A stretch of 64,000 nucleotides of DNA from Eutreptiella sp. 'Long Island Sound 2002' (Eukaryota > Protista > Euglenida). Position 1 is the first letter of the stretch. Every line of letters begins with the position of its first letter. The stretch spans positions 197,966,001 to 198,030,000 of the forward strand of contig OZ038378.1 in assembly GCA_964036045.1 (NCBI GenBank), written 5' to 3'. Below the pieces are notes generated by a model, which was not told the origin of the DNA, searched no databases, and saw nothing but the letters and a program-made list of their open reading frames with translations. Positions 23,370 to 34,260 of this stretch are shown here, one piece after another. The translations under genes were made by a program, and so were the position numbers.

Positions 23370-24908
23370 TCAACACGCCATCCCTTCGCAGTGCCGTGTG
23401 GATCGGGGGGTCATCGCGGTGCTGCCCGTGAGCCCCGCGGGGCTTGTCCCAAGGCCCCATGACGCGGACGTCGCGAAGGCAGGACCCCATGAGCAGCCCC
23501 TGCCGTACTGCACAGCGCTGCCCGGAGGCGTCCCCCCCAGTGGGGCCACGCTGAAGCAAGTGTAGGAGGCGCGGGGCAGCGCCGGCGCCGCGGGGGCCGC
23601 GGCCGCTGCGCGGACCGGGAACACCGACGCAGTGCTCCACGCGGACGCCGGCACAAAGAGCGCGGGCGACGCCACGGCCCGCGCTGTGGGACGGGGGGCC
23701 TCCGCGACCTCTGGCGCGGGGCCGGAGGAGGCGGTGGCCGCGCAGCGAGGGCCCGCGGGGCTTGTGCTGGCGGGAGCCGTGGGGGAAGGGGCGTGTGGGG
23801 GGGGCACAACAGGGGCCGCACTGGACGCGGGGCCGGGGGGCGTGGGGCTGTCGTCGGGGGGGACGGGGGCGGCGGTGGGAGCGGCGGGTGGGGGGGCGTG
23901 GGCAGCGGAGGTGTCGGTGTTGGTGGTGTTGGGCGGGGCACGCGGGCCGTCGCGGCGGCCGGCGTTGGAAGGGGCGGAGGCGCGTGCGGTCGTGTTCGAG
24001 GGAGGGGCCGGGGGCTCTTCCGGAGGCACGGCCCCCGGAGGGGCCGCCGCGTCTTCGGGGGCCGCGGGGGGCGCGCCCTCCGGACCGCGGCCGCTGCCGG
24101 TCGCAGTGGGGGCGGCTGCGGCCGGGGCCGGGCCGCTCGGAGCCCTCGTGGAGGCAGTGGCCGAGGGCATCGTCTGGGGGCTCTGGTGCGCCGGAGCTTC
24201 AGCGGCGGTGCGTTCCGCAGCGGCCGCGGGCTCTGAAGGGGCGTCGGCGCCGCTCGGGGCCGCGGTGCCTTCGGAAGCGGCGCTGCCGGCGCCCTCCGCA
24301 GCGGCCGCCGGCGAGTCCGGGCTCTGAGGGGCCCGGGGCTCCGCATCGGGACGAACGGGGTCCGCGTGCGCAGCGTCGCGGGGCGCGGCGCCCGGAGCGT
24401 CGCCCGCGCTTCGCGGCGGGGCTGCGGCGTTCCGAGGCGCGGCGCCGCGGCCGCCCGGGGCCGGGGGGCCCGGGGCCGGGCGGGCCTGCGTGCCGCTGGA
24501 GAGGCGCTTGGGGGGGCGGACGACGGAGATGACCAGGCGGAAGTGTTGGCAGAGGGCGTTGCAGCGGTGCGTCGCGAAGAAGCGGCAGACGCCCGTGTGC
24601 CCCATGTCGCCCTGGCCCCAGATCGGGGGGGCGGCGTCGGGGATGTTCGAGTGGATCTGCGGGTCGGTGTACGTGTCGTCGACGCCCTGAATGTCCACGA
24701 CGATCTCCTGCCCTTTGGTCCACTGGTACGTGAAGTGGCTGAAGGCCTGGGGCGTGTTGCGGTCCCCCGGCGCCACGAAGCCGAAGTTGTTGTTGTACTT
24801 CGTGTACTCGCCCTCGAGTTTGGGCTCCGAGATCATGATCGGGGGCCGCCCCGTGGCCGCGGGGGGGCGCTCGACGAGCTCCAAGACGCACACGTCGATG
24901 AACTTGAT
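23370..24908 (-). CDS. Alpha-kinase exon 2: C-lobe plus long Pro/Ala-rich tail to stop
   Basis: EPKLEGEYTKYNNNFG, QAFSHFTY, VVDIQG, TDPQIH, GQGDMG, HRCNALC. Phase-0 acceptor gcgcag|ATC. Confidence 0.92.
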   Translation of the reverse strand: MKFIDVCVLELVERPPAATGRPPIMISEPKLEGEYTKYNNNFGFVAPGDRNTPQAFSHFTYQWTKGQEIVVDIQGVDDTYTDPQIHSNIPDAAPPIWGQGDMGHTGVCRFFATHRCNALCQHFRLVISVVRPPKRLSSGTQARPAPGPPAPGGRGAAPRNAAAPPRSAGDAPGAAPRDAAHADPVRPDAEPRAPQSPDSPAAAAEGAGSAASEGTAAPSGADAPSEPAAAAERTAAEAPAHQSPQTMPSATASTRAPSGPAPAAAAPTATGSGRGPEGAPPAAPEDAAAPPGAVPPEEPPAPPSNTTARASAPSNAGRRDGPRAPPNTTNTDTSAAHAPPPAAPTAAPVPPDDSPTPPGPASSAAPVVPPPHAPSPTAPASTSPAGPRCAATASSGPAPEVAEAPRPTARAVASPALFVPASAWSTASVFPVRAAAAAPAAPALPRASYTCFSVAPLGGTPPGSAVQYGRGCSWGPAFATSASWGLGTSPAGLTGSTAMTPRSTRHCEGMAC

Positions 24909-25323
24909 CTGCGCGCGCGCGACGGGGCAGGGGGGGGGGGGGCGAGAGGGGGCGGGCGTGGCGTACACGTGTGGCGGTGACGTACGCGTCGCCGATGGTG
25001 CACTGGAACCGGAAAATCAGGTGCAGCTTCGTGAGATCCCTTTCCGGAGGAAACGCCAGCGACTTAAAGTTGCGGCAAAAACTGGCGACTGGAGCGAAGG
25101 ACCCGGGGCCAACGCTGTCGCGTGTGCCCTGGGCGGCTGTCCACACATGGAGGGTCGGGGACAGCGGGTGGTCGTGGGCATCCAAGTGGCGTACAAAGTC
25201 CGCACCCGGGGGGATTAGGAACGTGCGACAATTGGAATGGGGAAACTTGGAGCGGAGAAAAGTTGGGACCACTTCTTAAGTACCACTGCACAATTTGGCA
25301 CAAAATTCCCAGGCTGTGGCACA

Positions 25324-25738
25324 GGGCGGGAAGAAAATTGCTCTGTGGGGGGGGGGGGGGTGACACGGAGGCCCATTTTCCCAAAGCCCCCCCCCTTCCT
25401 TGGCCGCCGTGACGGGAGGGGGGGTTCAGGGCACGGGTGCCCGACCTGCCGTGCCGGGGGGGGCGGGGGTCAACCCAACATCTATGGCTCAAAATGATAC
25501 CCACGTCGCGCTGATCATTTTGACTACTCAAATGTGGGGGGGGGGGGGGGGGGAATTATTGGTGGAAAAAACTTTTTCGGGCCAACATTTGTGTTCCTGC
25601 GCCTTTGGCGCCAACATCCGTTCCTACACAAAACAAAGGGCCCGACACGGAACCCCATTTCTCCAACCCCCCCCCCCCCCCCCTCCTTCGGCGGGCGTCC
25701 ATGTCAACCCCCCCCGCAGAGCAATTTTCAGGTCGCCC
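25324..25738. mobile_element. MITE in the alpha-kinase intron, flanked by a 32-bp direct duplication
   Basis: TIR GGGCG....GAAAATTGCTCTG(T/C)GGGG. Internal TCAAAATGA-N17-TCATTTTGA. Confidence 0.8.
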
Positions 25739-26694
25739 AATTTGGCACAAATTTCCCAGGCTGTGGCACAGGAACAAGCATGCACCGCGACTGTTGGCGT
25801 CTGGATGGTTGCTGATATTTCCTGGAGGCTGTGCATACCAAGAGCGCTAGAAAGGAAGCCTAGAAAAATGGCTTCGGGCCTTCGAATACGGCGGCAAAAT
25901 TTGGTACACTTTTGTTGTGCCAATTTTTGTCCTCCAAATTTCGCCTATTCCTCATCCCCCCCGCCCCTCCCCCAACGGTACAAAGGGCCCACAAAGGACG
26001 GCGGGGGCGGGGGGGGGGGGGGGGGCACAACAAGGGGCACGGGGGAGCCACACAGGGCGCGTGCAGCGGGTGCACCAGTGGCACAAGGGCTGCCCTCTGC
26101 CCCCCGCGCCGCGCACGGGCCATTGGGGGTGATGGTCCCACGAGGGCCCCGGCCCCAGTGCCCCCATAGCGCGGCCCGATGCACAGACCCCTTGCTCACG
26201 GATGGCTCTGCCCCCTACACCGCGCGTCCGTCGCGGGGCCTACTTCACATGTCCGTGTCATGGGGTGCGGCGCTCATCGGGTGCGCCCCGATCCCTCCAT
26301 CCCCGCGACCCTCACCAGCCCCGCCGCCCCCCCCCCCCCCCCCCTCCCTCACTAGCGCACACTGCGGCCCGTGCTCCGCTGCATAGCCCCCACAAGAGGG
26401 GCCGGCAACGGGCGGCCAAAGGAACGAACAAGAGGTCCTGCCGGTGGTGGTCAAGGCATCAACAAGGGGCCTATCCCCAACCGGAAAGGGGTAGCACCAA
26501 AACGGGTACCCTTTGAGTGACATGCACAAATGCACAAGAAATGAGGGCAAGGCACGCAAGCAACTCATATGAATGCACAATAAGGCTCATTGTTACTGGT
26601 GCTAGGCACTGCTGTGCAGGTTGGGTACGGTCCTGCACAAACTTTGTGCACAGCACGCGCACAGCACGCGCATACGCCCCCCCCGGAGGCGCAC

Positions 26695-27042
26695 CTTTTT
26701 GGGAGCCGTCTCATTAAATTTCTTTGCGAGTTGCTGGCACCGCTTCTGCATCACCACCTCATTGAAGGTCTCGGCGCGGGCCTGCGCTGTCTGCTCGACC
26801 TCTCTGGCGGCCTTGGCCACCTTGCGGCCCCTGCCCGTCGGGAGGGACAGGTCGAGCATGTCGTAGACGAGGCGGTTGCTGCCCGCGGCGATGGGCTGTG
26901 GGGACACCACGACACTGACCTCTTTGACGTGCCACTTGCCGTTCCGGTACTCGTGCTTCAACGCCTTTTCCGCGGCCCCTGCGCCCCCAGATGGTCTGCG
27001 GGGCGTCGCTCCTGCCTGCGCTGTGGCGATGGACTGCGCCAT
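26695..27042 (-). CDS. Alpha-kinase exon 1 (N-lobe)
   Basis: KALKHEYRNGKW..V.V...P..AGSNRLVY...KVAK...NEVVMQ...AKKFNETAPKK. Donor AAG|GTGCGC is phase 0 and joins as PKK|IKF. ATG at 27042 lies 14 nt after ctctgcag. Confidence 0.88.
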
Positions 27043-28327
27043 GGAACGAAAGGACACTGCAGAGCAGCAGACAGAGTCGGCCCACAAGCCCGAAGAGTGC
27101 GTGTGGCGCCCACAAGGACGGGGGCAGTGGAGGCGGGGGTGAGAGGAGGCGCCCTTCTGAAGGCGAGGGCTGTGAGGCCTGCCTACGGGGGGCACAGCAC
27201 GGAAATCAACCATTATAAGTGGATTACCATGCTCCAGCCACCGCACAGCTCACTGTCTACGGCGGTTGCTCGATGGTAAATACCTCCTGTCGCCCCTCCC
27301 TTCGCCCGCGCTGTGACGCGAGAGTAGAATCAGGGCTAGGCGGTGCCCCTAGCCCTGCTGGGCCTTCAGAAAATGGGGGGGACCAACAAGAGATCAGGGC
27401 AACAGAAGCCCGCCCGTGTTGATCCTGGTGGCCGTGCTCAGGTTGGGGCGGCTGCGTGGCACCCTGGTCTGTGGCATGTGTGTTGTGTCAAAAAGTGGCT
27501 TTCAGCATCATACAACCACCACAGGGGTGCGTGATTGTTGTTCGAATCTCAGCAGAAAAGGTGGGCGGAGAACCACCGGCATTGTGTTGCACTGCTACGG
27601 CACTTGAGATCCTCAAAACCTTCCATCCCCAGCTGCCCATGCCCTACACTTGCACATTTGTGGAGAGGTCCTTAGCAGGTCGGTAAGAAGAGCTGTGGTT
27701 TGGTTGGATGATTGGAGGTGTAGCATGGCCTTGGGAACAGATAACTAAGGCATGTGAGGAACAGTGTTTGCAGGGACTTCGGGCATTCAAAAGGATGAAT
27801 TCTGCCAAAATGTGAGATGTGGCACCAGGTTTGCTGCATGAGTGATCCAGGAACGGACGCAAGATGGATAGCCCCCCGCCGCCCCTACAAGAACTGCTTC
27901 TTTTTTGTGCGTGTACTTATGTCTAGCGTGTCCTTGTTTGGAAGACTGCCTGTGCCACGTTCCCAGCCCCCTTGCGTAAGAAAAAAAATGGCCCAGTCAG
28001 ATGTTCGTGACCCCTGTTTTTCATTTGCGGGTGGGCGTTGAGGCCACCAAAGATGAGGATGAGGCTGAAATGAGCATGAGGCGGTTCTGGATGATTGCTA
28101 TGAGGCAGCCACAGATGTCTTAGACTATGCTGGCAGCATCAATGGTGTGCCCCACACTTAGAAAGTGAGGACTTTGAGCCTGATACAATGGAATTCTCTG
28201 ATGATCAGGCTGGGTTTGAAGTCGATGATCTATATCACCATGGTCTAGTGGAGGTGCCTAAGGATGTACTTTGTTGTGCTGAGCTTGGGACGTGTGGCAC
28301 AAAGCGCATTTATGGCGGTGGGTAGAA

Positions 28328-28527
28328 NNNNNNNNNNNNNNNNNNNNNNNNNNNNNNNNNNNNNNNNNNNNNNNNNNNNNNNNNNNNNNNNNNNNNNNNN
28401 NNNNNNNNNNNNNNNNNNNNNNNNNNNNNNNNNNNNNNNNNNNNNNNNNNNNNNNNNNNNNNNNNNNNNNNNNNNNNNNNNNNNNNNNNNNNNNNNNNNN
28501 NNNNNNNNNNNNNNNNNNNNNNNNNNN
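28328..28527. other. Assembly gap (200 N)
   Basis: Run of n. Confidence 1.
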
Positions 28528-29810
28528 GCTAACGAAAAGAAAAGGCGCACGGGGGGGGGGGGGGGGGGTTGGCACTAACGAGGCGCGTAGTCCACATACA
28601 AGTCCGTGCATGCACAAGGCGGTGCACATAAAAGCCGGTGCATACACAAGGCGGTGCACACACAAGGCGTGCACACAAAAGGCGGTCTGTAGCCACTGCA
28701 TGAGTCTTGTTATTTAAGGGGCCACAGGCAAGGCGGTACAGGCACAAGGCGGTGCACACAAAAGGCGGTCTGTAGCCACCGCAGGAGTCTTGTTATTTAA
28801 GGGGGGTGCGGGGGTGTCCCCCTCATCGAGCGGAGCGAGCCGTAGTCCACATACAAGGCGGTGTATACACAAGGCGGTGCAGGTTCAAGGCGGTGCACAC
28901 ACAAGGCGGTCTGTAGCCACCGCATGAGCTTGTTATTTAAGGGGGTGCGGGGGTGTCCCCCGCATCGAGCGGAAGCGAGCCGAAGCTGAGGGAGGTTCAC
29001 ATACAAGGCGGTGCATAGGGGGGGGGTTTGGTGCGCTAACCAGGTGCACGGGGGGGGGGGGGGTGGGCGCTAACGAGGCGCGCGTGGGGGGGTGTTTGGC
29101 GCTAACGAGGCGCATGGGGGGGGGGGGTTGGCAATGGCAAGCCTGAGATGTACCCGGCTCATCCTGATAGCACGCTGTCCAAAGGTGGCGGTCCCCGCTC
29201 TTGGGGTGGGGCCGCACGTGCGGTGCTTGCCCTCCTGCTGGGGCCTGTGTGGAAGAGGAAGAGGGCGCTCTTCCCACAGTTCGGGCACAGTGCGGGCGCG
29301 GTGCAAACTTGGGGGGTATATTTGTGGTCCCTCCCGGTGATACTGGCAACCATCAAGAGGCCTCTAGAAAGAACAAAGACTACCCAGAAGCCTTTGGGAA
29401 TTATTGGCAACCATAAGAAAACCCCAGGGACGACAGATGTGTGCTTGCACCCAAGGTTTTGTTGGTTTCTATGAGAGTGTTTGGCTGAAACTGCGCGCCT
29501 CATTATATGAGGCGCAAATCGGGCTCGGCGCGCGCCTCGTTAGCGCCAACCCCCCCCCCCCCCCGTGCGCCTCGTTAGCGCCAAACCCCCCCCCCCCCTT
29601 GCGCCTCGTTAGCGCCAACCTCCACCCCCCCCCCCCCCCGTGCGCCTCGTTTAGCCGCCAAACTCCCCCCCCCCCCTTGCACCTCGTTAGCGCCAAACCT
29701 CCATCCCCCCCCCGTGCGCCTCGTTAGCGCCAAACTCCCCCCCCCCCCCCCCGTGCACCTCGTTAGCGCCAACCCCCCCCCCCCCACCGTGCGCCTCGTT
29801 AGCGCCCGGA
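28528..29810. repeat. Foldback-like structure of short tandem motifs in opposite orientations
   Basis: GCGCTAACGAGGCGCAC+Gn copies at 28528-28590 and 29030-29130. GTGCGCCTCGTTAGCGCC+Cn x ~8 at 29530-29810. CACAAGGCGGT tandem motifs at 28590-29010. Confidence 0.75.
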
Positions 29811-30626
29811 TGCACCCTCCTGCTCTGCCCAAGCCTATTGTTGATGAATCCCGTGCATTGGGCCCTGCTCTGCCTGGGTCTGCGTGGATGGACCCTGTAC
29901 CCAAATAGTGCCAAAATGGCATTTGGCCAGCCAACCGGCCGGAAAAACTGGCAAAAAAGTTTCTGTTTTCGCCGGGAGCAAGTTTGGGTGGAAGCTCAAT
30001 GTCTCCGCAATGGCAGCATGGGACACCGCATCAGGGAAACACGACAAACCAGCATATTCTTCATCCGCTCCCTCCACTGAATCCGACAACGGTGCGCACG
30101 GGGGTTTGCGGGGAGGGCACCCATGTGCTCTACCTCTGCATCTCCCTTTGCTTGCCCTGGCAAATGCCTTTGTTGTCTCAGTGTCTGCAGCGGCCCGACA
30201 GGCGCTGCAGGTCTATGACAGTGCTGCAGGTCTATGACAGTGCCTGCGCATTGGCCATGCCGCCGTTCACAAGGCACAGGGCCGTTGTAGTCTTCACAAC
30301 CGCCATGGGCCCTGGGGCCGCAGAGGCACAGTGCACTGCAAAGGGGAGGGGGCGCACCACGATGCCCTTCAGATGCCTCAGCTCCGCTTCCCACAACGTC
30401 CTGGGACGGAGTCCGTCTCCTTCGTTCCTGCGGTTTGGGGTAGGAGTGTGCGGCCAGGGCCCCAACCCAACGCCAAAGCAAAGCACAGCTCTTCGTCTCC
30501 CGCACGGCCCCCCAAATGGTCCGCGTGTCTGATTGCCCCCCACCCCTTTCCAGACCATGAGCACCGCCGTGTGACAGGTGCCCTGGACCACCAGAGAAGT
30601 CCCTAAACAATCGCTGCGGGTGGGGA

Positions 30627-31417
30627 GGGGATGCATCAGAAGGAAAGGGGCCTCAGAGGCGGCCCCAGAAGCGGTTAGACAGGTGGTTGGACGAGGTTCC
30701 AAACCGGTTGGGGGCGGTTAAACCCCCCCCCCCCACTTAATATACCCCGGGGGTATATTGCATGACCCCAGGAACGCCCCCGGGGTATATGAATGAGATG
30801 CCACCGAATGAGTAATGTTAGGCCCGGGGTGAGGGGCAGGGGTTTGCTTCTTTGTTACTGGCCGCATGTCTGTTGCATTCCAGACTGTCTCTGCCCACAT
30901 TTTTCTGAACATGAGTGACAATGACGTTGCACTTGCTGAAAATGAGGAGGCGTTTGACCCTGATCCTGGGGATGACAGCAGTTCTGACAATGGAGGATGA
31001 TGGAGAGTTTGTTCAGCCAGAGGTTCCAGTTGCACAGCCTACAGCCTGTGGCAAAGCCAAGCCAAGGGCAAAGAGCATTGGTAACGTAGCATTGCCTCAT
31101 ACTTTCAGCCTTTCTGGCCAGAAGGGATGCTCAATGGACATTAACGGCGTGTTTGATGTCCAGCTGCCCAGCCCATTTTGTGTCGTACCACTGCTTGTTG
31201 CGAGAGGAGTGTGTGTATATTGAATACCCCTGCCAGTCATTATACCCCGGTGGGTATAATGAAAAGGGGGGGGGGGGGATGTTGAATGGGCTGGCGGTTT
31301 CCAAGGTTACAAATGCCATTGAAGCTGGCACTTGCCGTCAGGGGGGCAGTGGCTGGGCATAGATTGGGCGCCTTGGAAGGGAGGGGGGGGGCGTCCCCCC
31401 GTTTCCTATGCATCCCT
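30627..31417. mobile_element. MITE (GGGATGCAT...ATGCATCCCT) with a nested polyC/polyG-ended element at ~30722-31278
   Basis: Same family as 48039-48397. The nested element has ATACCCC..GGGGTAT subterminal palindromes at both ends. TSD not resolved. Confidence 0.8.
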
Positions 31418-32179
31418 CCGGGGGGGGGGGGGGTCTCCCAACGAAACACTGGGGAGTGGGAAAATGGCAACAACGGGGGTTGGGATAGCGGTTGCACGCC
31501 GCCTACTGCTTCACACAGCAGTGCCCAAACTGCCCCCATTTGGTACGCGCATCCGACGGGAATGGGCCCCTGTGACAAACAGCAGTACTCTAGCGCCAGA
31601 CAGTGAGGGGGATGAGGCTGGATGGGGACCGGCGCCCCCGAATGTAGAGACGGGCACGTGACGCCCTTAGAACCCGCCGCTGCCCAACGCCGTCACCAAA
31701 GCACACCTTGTCCGGCCAATCTAGGATGCAGTGCCCCCCCCCCCCCCCCCTCCAAGTGACGAGTGACACATAAGCAACCCGGCCGTGTGAGGGGAGGGAG
31801 CAGACTTTAAGTTAGTGTGAATCCAGCTAGCATGGGAGTCACAATTTTTTTTGGGACTCAATGGGAGTTACGGAATTTTTTTTTGGGACTCACAGGGCTT
31901 CACAGAGGCACATTGCATGTGTTGACAAAAACAATTGTTGGTTTGATTGTGCTGTTGATCTTGACACCACCGCCGTGTTCTCTAACACAGACTAAGGCCC
32001 CGGCTCACCAGCAAAAGTGTGGAAAGGAATCCCACCCTTCGGTTGTGGTTCTGGGGGAAGCACTTGAGCCTCAAGAAGCGCAGCAGCAGAGGCCCGGTGC
32101 TACTGCACCCCTCGATACCCGACCCAGCATGTACCACTGGGGTACCGCACTTGTTGACGTTGAAGAGGTTGACGCTTGT

Positions 32180-32330
32180 TTGTACTTGTTGACGATGTCC
32201 ATCAACAATTGGCGATGGCCCACAAGGATCTCCATTGATGCCATGTCCTCAGGGGTGATGAAGTCCAATGTCTCCATATGATCAAATCATGCTTTTGCAA
32301 TGTTGTGGCATAGGCTGACAGTATTCGGTG
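32180..32330 (-). pseudogene. SAM-domain fragment (one frameshift)
   Basis: LSAYATTLQKHD / DHMETLDFITPEDMASMEILVGHRQLLMDIV fits the SAM pattern Y...F....D...L..LT.EDL...I..GHR..+L. Confidence 0.55.
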
Positions 32331-32399
32331 TCCGCAGACCACTCGTTCAAATTGCTTACACGGTGGTATACCACAAACAGGTGGAGAAGGTGTGGGAAC

Positions 32400-34260
32400 C
32401 TATGTATCAATCATGGCTTGGGGTACCTCCTCCAACGGTGCATTACACAATGTTGCAGTTGACCTTACTTCCAATGTGTCCCCATCTAGCATTGGCCCAT
32501 CAGAAGTCTTGCTACTGCTGCGGCTGGAAGACGTCGAAAAAGACGTAGTACTTGAGGCATCCAAAGTGCTAAAACCTTCCGATGACGAATCGGGTCTGTG
32601 TGGTTGGGATATCTGTGTTGTCGTGAGAGTTGTTCACAAGATGCTGCCCAGGAAGGAAATGCAGAATGAATAAGCTTCTCCGGATCAATAGTTGTTGAGC
32701 GCAGCAACATCTCATCTGTTGCTTGATCCTCCTTCAACACATGCCGCCGAGTCCCGTGAACTAGTTTAACTATGGAATTCGGTTGCTCTGCTACTCTGTG
32801 ACAAGGGTACAACACACTAGGGATGGATATAACGGGGCGGGGGGTGCGTCCGGCTTGGACCCACCCCTCCTGGCCCTTTGTCACAAAAAAGGTCACGATA
32901 TCTGGTCAAAAAAAAAAGTGACCTAAAACTAGCCACTTTGGGTGGCCCCCGGCGTTTCATGTATATGGGGAGGGGGGGGAGGGCACAGAGCCCTATGGAT
33001 GCAACATTGCCATTCACTGCCATCACTCACAATGACAATATTGTCTTGATCCCTGCAGCTACCACAATGTGACTTGTCATTATCATTGTCACTACCGTTG
33101 CCACTGCCACTATTGCTGCCACTGCCACTAGAAAAAAAAGGGCCTGCAACAACAAAATACACACACAGTGGACAAATACCAGCACGCACAAGAAATTTGC
33201 AGCACAAGCAGGCACAGGGAACATTCCACCGGAAACACCTTTTTTTGGTCACAATACTTTTGGGGTTTGCACTTTCCTACTATGCCCCCCCCCCCCCCGC
33301 CCCCGGACCCGGACCCCGTGGGTGGCGCCAAAATTATATCCATCCCTGCAACACAAAATGCAACTTCCAATTGCACCACATGCATACACTTCTTGTTCAC
33401 AATAGGCATGTTGCCAAGCATGGACAGCATAAGGTGCCCGCACACATGATGAGGCAGAGCGTTGTCTAGGAACAGTGGCGGCCAAGATGTGGGTTGTCCT
33501 CACAAATGCATTGGCATGGGCGTGGAATTGCTTTTCCATTGGGACTCAGATTGCAAAGCCTTCAACTTGGGCTAAACAACCTCCTTCAAACCAAGTACCC
33601 ACGTGGCCAAGTACGTCATCACCGCGGGGTAAGAGGACTGGAACCACCGTTAGTGTAGATGTGAACATGCAATGTCTGCCAAAAACTTCTTCACAATGTG
33701 TACATAGCTTGATGTGTACCTCACGGTGTACTGCACTCCATTGGTTCACTGCAAGTTCAACAATATCCAGAGTTGGCGACTTGCAACATCATGCCGGGCC
33801 ATGTATAGTATAGTGGAAACATTACCTTGACTTGAGGGACTAGTGCACTCGGTAACAGGATGGGCAAACCACATACCGGTGTATATAATTGGTTTTTCAA
33901 TGCTACACCTGCCAAGTGATAAAAACTAGTGTCATGGTTCTTCATATTGCGAAAGCTGCAGTATGTGGACGGATACAGCAATGCATTGCGACGTGTAGGT
34001 GGCCTAGCCACGACTTTATGTTCCCAAAAACGGTGACAACTCTCGCACCACATGCCATTTCCTGCATCATGGCGGAGCCAAGGCCGCCCCTCTTGCGAAT
34101 GTGGCTGAAATTTGTGTTCCCCTGTCCTCATGTGCTCCGGCTGACCCTTGGTGACATGTATCCTCCTCTTCTTTGCCTCACATGTGGGTGTTGAAGAGCT
34201 GCCAGTAGAACCACATGGGCTAGAAGCCGAGGATGTAGCACCTACAGCAAATAGGCCTTT
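32400..34260 (-). pseudogene. Decayed hAT-family transposase (TTF-type zinc finger / DUF4371-like)
   Basis: HKFQ....GRPWL.HD..NGMWCESC..F...RN...H.TS.YH. Followed by LLNLQ.TNG.QY...KFLADIA in a shifted frame. Multiple stops. Confidence 0.65.
32818..33348. mobile_element. hAT-type MITE (531 bp)
   Basis: 15-bp TIR (T/C)AGGGATGGATATAA; 8-bp TSD CAACACAC / CAACACAA. Confidence 0.88.

Noticed and set aside
23411-24980. Overlapping long ORFs in other frames and on the plus strand
   Set aside because: Stop-poor shadows of the very GC-rich alpha-kinase exon.
24909-26694. Euglenid non-conventional (non GT-AG) introns
   Set aside because: All introns I could place have in-phase GT-AG ends, so no evidence for the non-canonical type here.
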